DNA of 64,000 nt. It comes from Candidatus Kapaibacterium sp. (lineage in GTDB: Bacteria; Bacteroidota; Ignavibacteria; Kapaibacteriales; UBA2268). The DNA lies in the NCBI GenBank assembly GCA_032027125.1, contig JAVSMQ010000001.1, positions 3,241,620-3,305,619 on the forward strand, read 5' to 3'. The notes under the pieces are model-generated. The model was not told where the DNA came from, did not search any database, and saw only the letters and a list, made by a program, of their open reading frames with translations. Both the position numbers and the translations under genes were made by a program. Positions 60,985 through 64,000 of this stretch are shown piece after piece; position 1 is the first letter of the stretch; each line of letters opens with the position of its first letter.

Positions 60985-62658
60985 TTATCTCTCCTTACTA
61001 TGGTCCATTAATAATTCCGCTCCAAAATCTTCAATCAGCATCCTTTCGACAGGATGTAAATTCGGGTCGGAAATGTTGTTTATAGTCTTTTCTTTAGACG
61101 TTGGTAGGCTGTTTAAGTTGTTTGGAATAATATCGGATTGGTAATTCGGAGTCGTTGTGGGCTTTGATTTAACTTCAATCTCAAATTTTATTATCAAATC
61201 AAATAAATTTTCAACTATTAATGAGAGTCCTTCTAACTTTCTATCTAAATAGTTCCTTTCAAATTCAGACTCACAAGTCAGAATTACTGTTCTGCCCTTA
61301 AGTTCGGGTTTAAAGGCATCAAGTTTAAATCCGGCTTTCAGAATTTCATCAAGTTTTATAAAATCGTTCCATTCAGCCAAAAACTCCTCGGGACTTAGTT
61401 TACGTTTGGGTGTTATATCCGGTATTTCTTTCACTGGCGAGGCCGATGATGTATAGGTTTTGGATTGTTCCTGTAAATTCAAATCGCTATTTGAATTACT
61501 ATTATGATTAATCAACCCCTTTTTTTTTACTGCTCTCAGTTCATTAATCAGCTCAGCAATGTCGGTTGTGGAATCAATGTGAGCAAGCTGTAGAAGAGCA
61601 AGTTCAAAACGGATTCTCGGCTGCGGGCTGTACTTCAGGGATTGTTCAGCCTGAGCAATATGATTCATCATACGGATTAAATCCAACTTGCCGAACTTTT
61701 TTGATTCCTCGAGATATTTTGCTTTCATTTGTGACGATGTTTCTAAAATTTCAGGGTCATTTGTAACTTTCACCGCCGTAAGATTACGTAAATGCTCAAG
61801 TAATCCCTGAAGAGTCTCCTGAAAATCGTAACCTTTGCGGACAACATTACCCACGAGTTCAAAAACCGAAGCTGTATTCTTTTCCAAAACAGCAGAGGTA
61901 ATACGAAAGAAAAATTCTTCATCAATTAAATGCAACGCATCAGCAAGCTCTGAATATACTACATTTTTTCCGCAAAACGAAATAACCTGGTCAAATATAC
62001 TTTGCGAATCCCGCATGGAACCGTCACCTTTTTTGGCAATAGTAACAAGCGATTCTTCATCAATCGTAACCCCTTCTTTTCCAGCTATAAATTCAATTTG
62101 CTTTTTGATGTCTTCGATTTCCATTCTTCGAAAATCGAATCTCTGGCATCGGCTTGTTATTGTTGCAAGTACTTTATGAACTTCAGTTGTAGCAAACACA
62201 AACAGTAAATGCGGGGGCGGTTCCTCCAATGTTTTTAGAAGTGCGTTAAATGCCGCATTCGAGAGCATGTGCACTTCATCAATGATATACATTTTATATT
62301 TACCAGTCGAAGGCGGATATTTTGCATTTTCTCTGAGTTTACGTATATCATCAACGGAATTGTTTGAAGCACCGTCAATTTCAATAATATCCATCGAACG
62401 GCCATCCATCACGGCACGGCAGTTATCACATTCATTACAAGGCTCTGCATCCTGAGGATTCAGACAGTTTATCGAACGTGATAAAATTCTTGCAGTTGTT
62501 GTTTTACCAACTCCGCGGGGACCGCTGAAAAGATAAGCATGATGAATCCGGTTCTTTAATACGGCGTTTTTTAGAGTTTGCGTGATATGTTCCTGACCTA
62601 CCACATCTTTAAAAAATAATGGACGCCACTTTCTGGCTGTAACTATAAAGTCATTCAT
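60985..62658 (-). CDS. dnaX: DNA polymerase III subunit gamma/tau
   Basis: Walker A GPRGVGKTTTARI, Zn module C-x-x-C…C-x-x-C, and SRC arginine-finger region. Confidence 0.9.
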   Translation of the reverse strand: MNDFIVTARKWRPLFFKDVVGQEHITQTLKNAVLKNRIHHAYLFSGPRGVGKTTTARILSRSINCLNPQDAEPCNECDNCRAVMDGRSMDIIEIDGASNNSVDDIRKLRENAKYPPSTGKYKMYIIDEVHMLSNAAFNALLKTLEEPPPHLLFVFATTEVHKVLATITSRCQRFDFRRMEIEDIKKQIEFIAGKEGVTIDEESLVTIAKKGDGSMRDSQSIFDQVISFCGKNVVYSELADALHLIDEEFFFRITSAVLEKNTASVFELVGNVVRKGYDFQETLQGLLEHLRNLTAVKVTNDPEILETSSQMKAKYLEESKKFGKLDLIRMMNHIAQAEQSLKYSPQPRIRFELALLQLAHIDSTTDIAELINELRAVKKKGLINHNSNSNSDLNLQEQSKTYTSSASPVKEIPDITPKRKLSPEEFLAEWNDFIKLDEILKAGFKLDAFKPELKGRTVILTCESEFERNYLDRKLEGLSLIVENLFDLIIKFEIEVKSKPTTTPNYQSDIIPNNLNSLPTSKEKTINNISDPNLHPVERMLIEDFGAELLMDHSKER

Positions 62659-62885
62659 ATTCTGTTAAATGAAATATATTGAATGTAAAATTTAAGTAAC
62701 GAATCAAACGGAATATAATTTATAACTTTCCAAAAATGACCGTGTTTATATTTGATTCCAAAATAATAAATCAAAAAGCAGTATATAGTTCCCGCGTGTA
62801 TCATATTGATGAATAGTATCTGAACGAAAAGTAGCAAATATATAGATTGTAAAGAATTGCAAACATTTTATCCCGCGAAGAATTA

Positions 62886-62973
62886 AGACCCCACCCCAAC
62901 CCTCCCCAAGGGGAGGGAGTAGTCAGAGCAAGGTTTTAAAGCCCTCCCCTTGGGGAGGGTTGGGGTGGGGTCT
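62886..62973. repeat. GC-rich nested palindromic element, copy 2 (perfect 32-bp inverted arms)
   Basis: AGACCCCACCCCAACCCTCCCCAAGGGGAGGG (62886-62917) and its exact reverse complement CCCTCCCCTTGGGGAGGGTTGGGGTGGGGTCT (62942-62973). 24-bp spacer. Each arm contains its own CCCTCCCC/GGGGAGGG hairpin. Confidence 0.9.
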
Positions 62974-63203
62974 GTTAATATTAAGTGATTTTTCAAAATT
63001 TACAACATAATTAACTTCTTTTAAAATATGAAAATTGGGATGTTTTCGTTCAGCCACTAAATATAAGAAAATACAGGAAAATGACAAACGAATCAAAATA
63101 ATTGAAACAAAACATTAGAAAATGGTTACTTTTGTGAATTATAGAAATTAAAAATATAATTTAGAATTTTTGTTTATCCTTAATTATTTAAGTGATTTGA
63201 AAT

Positions 63204-64000
63204 ATGAAAATAGCAGTAATTTTTGGCGGAATATCTACAGAAAGAAATGTTGCCATTACAGGCGGACATTCGGTAATTGAAGCTCTTCGGGGGCTCGGTC
63301 ACGAGGTCGTGCCTTGCGATCCTGCACTTGGAGCTGACTTTAAAGAAAAATCAGAGAATTTATTATCAGATATGTCCAAATTTAATGATATTGATGAAAT
63401 AAAGAATTTTAATCCGCGAAACTATATAAATGCAGTTAATTCAGCAGAATTTGATGATATAGAGGCTGCATTTATAGTATTGCACGGCAAATATGGTGAG
63501 GATGGTTTGATTCAGTCTCTGCTTGAACTTCGTGGAATTCCATATACCGGAAGTAATGTTAAAGCGAGTAGTCTGTCCTGCGATAAAGCTGCGTCAAAGT
63601 CATCTTTTGCTTCAGCCGGCGTTCTCACTCCGCCCTGGACAGTTGTAAACAGGGAGGATATTGATAATGAAGGCTTGGTCAAAGATATTAGAACTCAATT
63701 CGGAAAAGAAATTGTAATCAAGCCAAATGACCAGGGTTCGACTATTGGTCTTACTATTGTTAAAGGCGGAAATATTGATGATATTGAGCAGGGATTGAAA
63801 CTTGCTGCGAAATATTCACACGAAATATTAATTGAAAAATTTATTGCCGGACGTGAACTTACTGTTGGAATTGTTGATGGTGACGCTCTGCCGGTTATAG
63901 AGATTGAAATTGATGACGGTTTTTACGATTACGAGCATAAATATACAAAGGGCAAAACCAATTATATCTGTCCTGCTGAATTAAGTGAGGATATTACTGA
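63204..64000 (+). CDS. ddl: D-alanine--D-alanine ligase (5' portion, runs off the window)
   Basis: MKIAVIFGGISTERNVAITGG…ATP-grasp motifs (…LHGKYGEDG…). Truncated by the window end. Confidence 0.85.
   Translation, partial: MKIAVIFGGISTERNVAITGGHSVIEALRGLGHEVVPCDPALGADFKEKSENLLSDMSKFNDIDEIKNFNPRNYINAVNSAEFDDIEAAFIVLHGKYGEDGLIQSLLELRGIPYTGSNVKASSLSCDKAASKSSFASAGVLTPPWTVVNREDIDNEGLVKDIRTQFGKEIVIKPNDQGSTIGLTIVKGGNIDDIEQGLKLAAKYSHEILIEKFIAGRELTVGIVDGDALPVIEIEIDDGFYDYEHKYTKGKTNYICPAELSEDIT

Noticed and set aside
62655-62837. 60-aa ORF at the 5' end of dnaX
   Set aside because: AT-rich low-complexity sequence in the dnaX upstream region. No support.

Overview
This is a 64 kb, AT-rich window (GC-poor, with a few conspicuous GC-rich palindromes) from what is probably an FCB-group bacterium (Bacteroidota/Ignavibacteriota-like). 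Two large secreted proteins end in T9SS C-terminal sorting domains. The window mixes housekeeping genes with several accessory modules. The housekeeping genes are guaA, gpsA-plsY, deoA-like, pabBC, ispG, hflX, mfd, dnaX-bcp-tatD-upp and ddl. The accessory modules are as follows. (1) A polysaccharide/glucan locus: a cellulose-synthase-like GT2, three paralogous periplasmic ~450-aa proteins and a multipass membrane protein. It is interleaved with a partner-switching set (STAS antagonist, HATPase kinase, and a 1006-aa GAF-PAS-GAF-LOV-PP2C phosphatase). (2) A small island next to guaA carrying an AAA_15/21-type ATPase and a DUF4276-like (Toprim-like) protein in an overlapping two-gene operon. This is an OLD/PARIS/AbiL-like candidate defence pair. 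It is bounded by a truncated aldo/keto-reductase gene and a short dispersed repeat. (3) A toxin-antitoxin islet between mfd and an OmpA-family gene with three minus-strand cassettes (YoeB+antitoxin, PIN+VapB-like, MNT+unknown). Each cassette is preceded by the same ~45-bp element. (4) Two DUF4258/DUF2283 pairs elsewhere in the window. (5) Two copies, plus one half-copy, of a GC-rich nested-palindrome element (32-33-bp perfect or near-perfect inverted arms, each arm itself a hairpin) with compensatory sequence differences between the copies. (6) A lipoprotein tyrosinase. (7) An in-frame TatD fused to a signal-peptide/beta-barrel domain. I found no rRNA, no convincing tRNA, no CRISPR array and no transposase or integrase.
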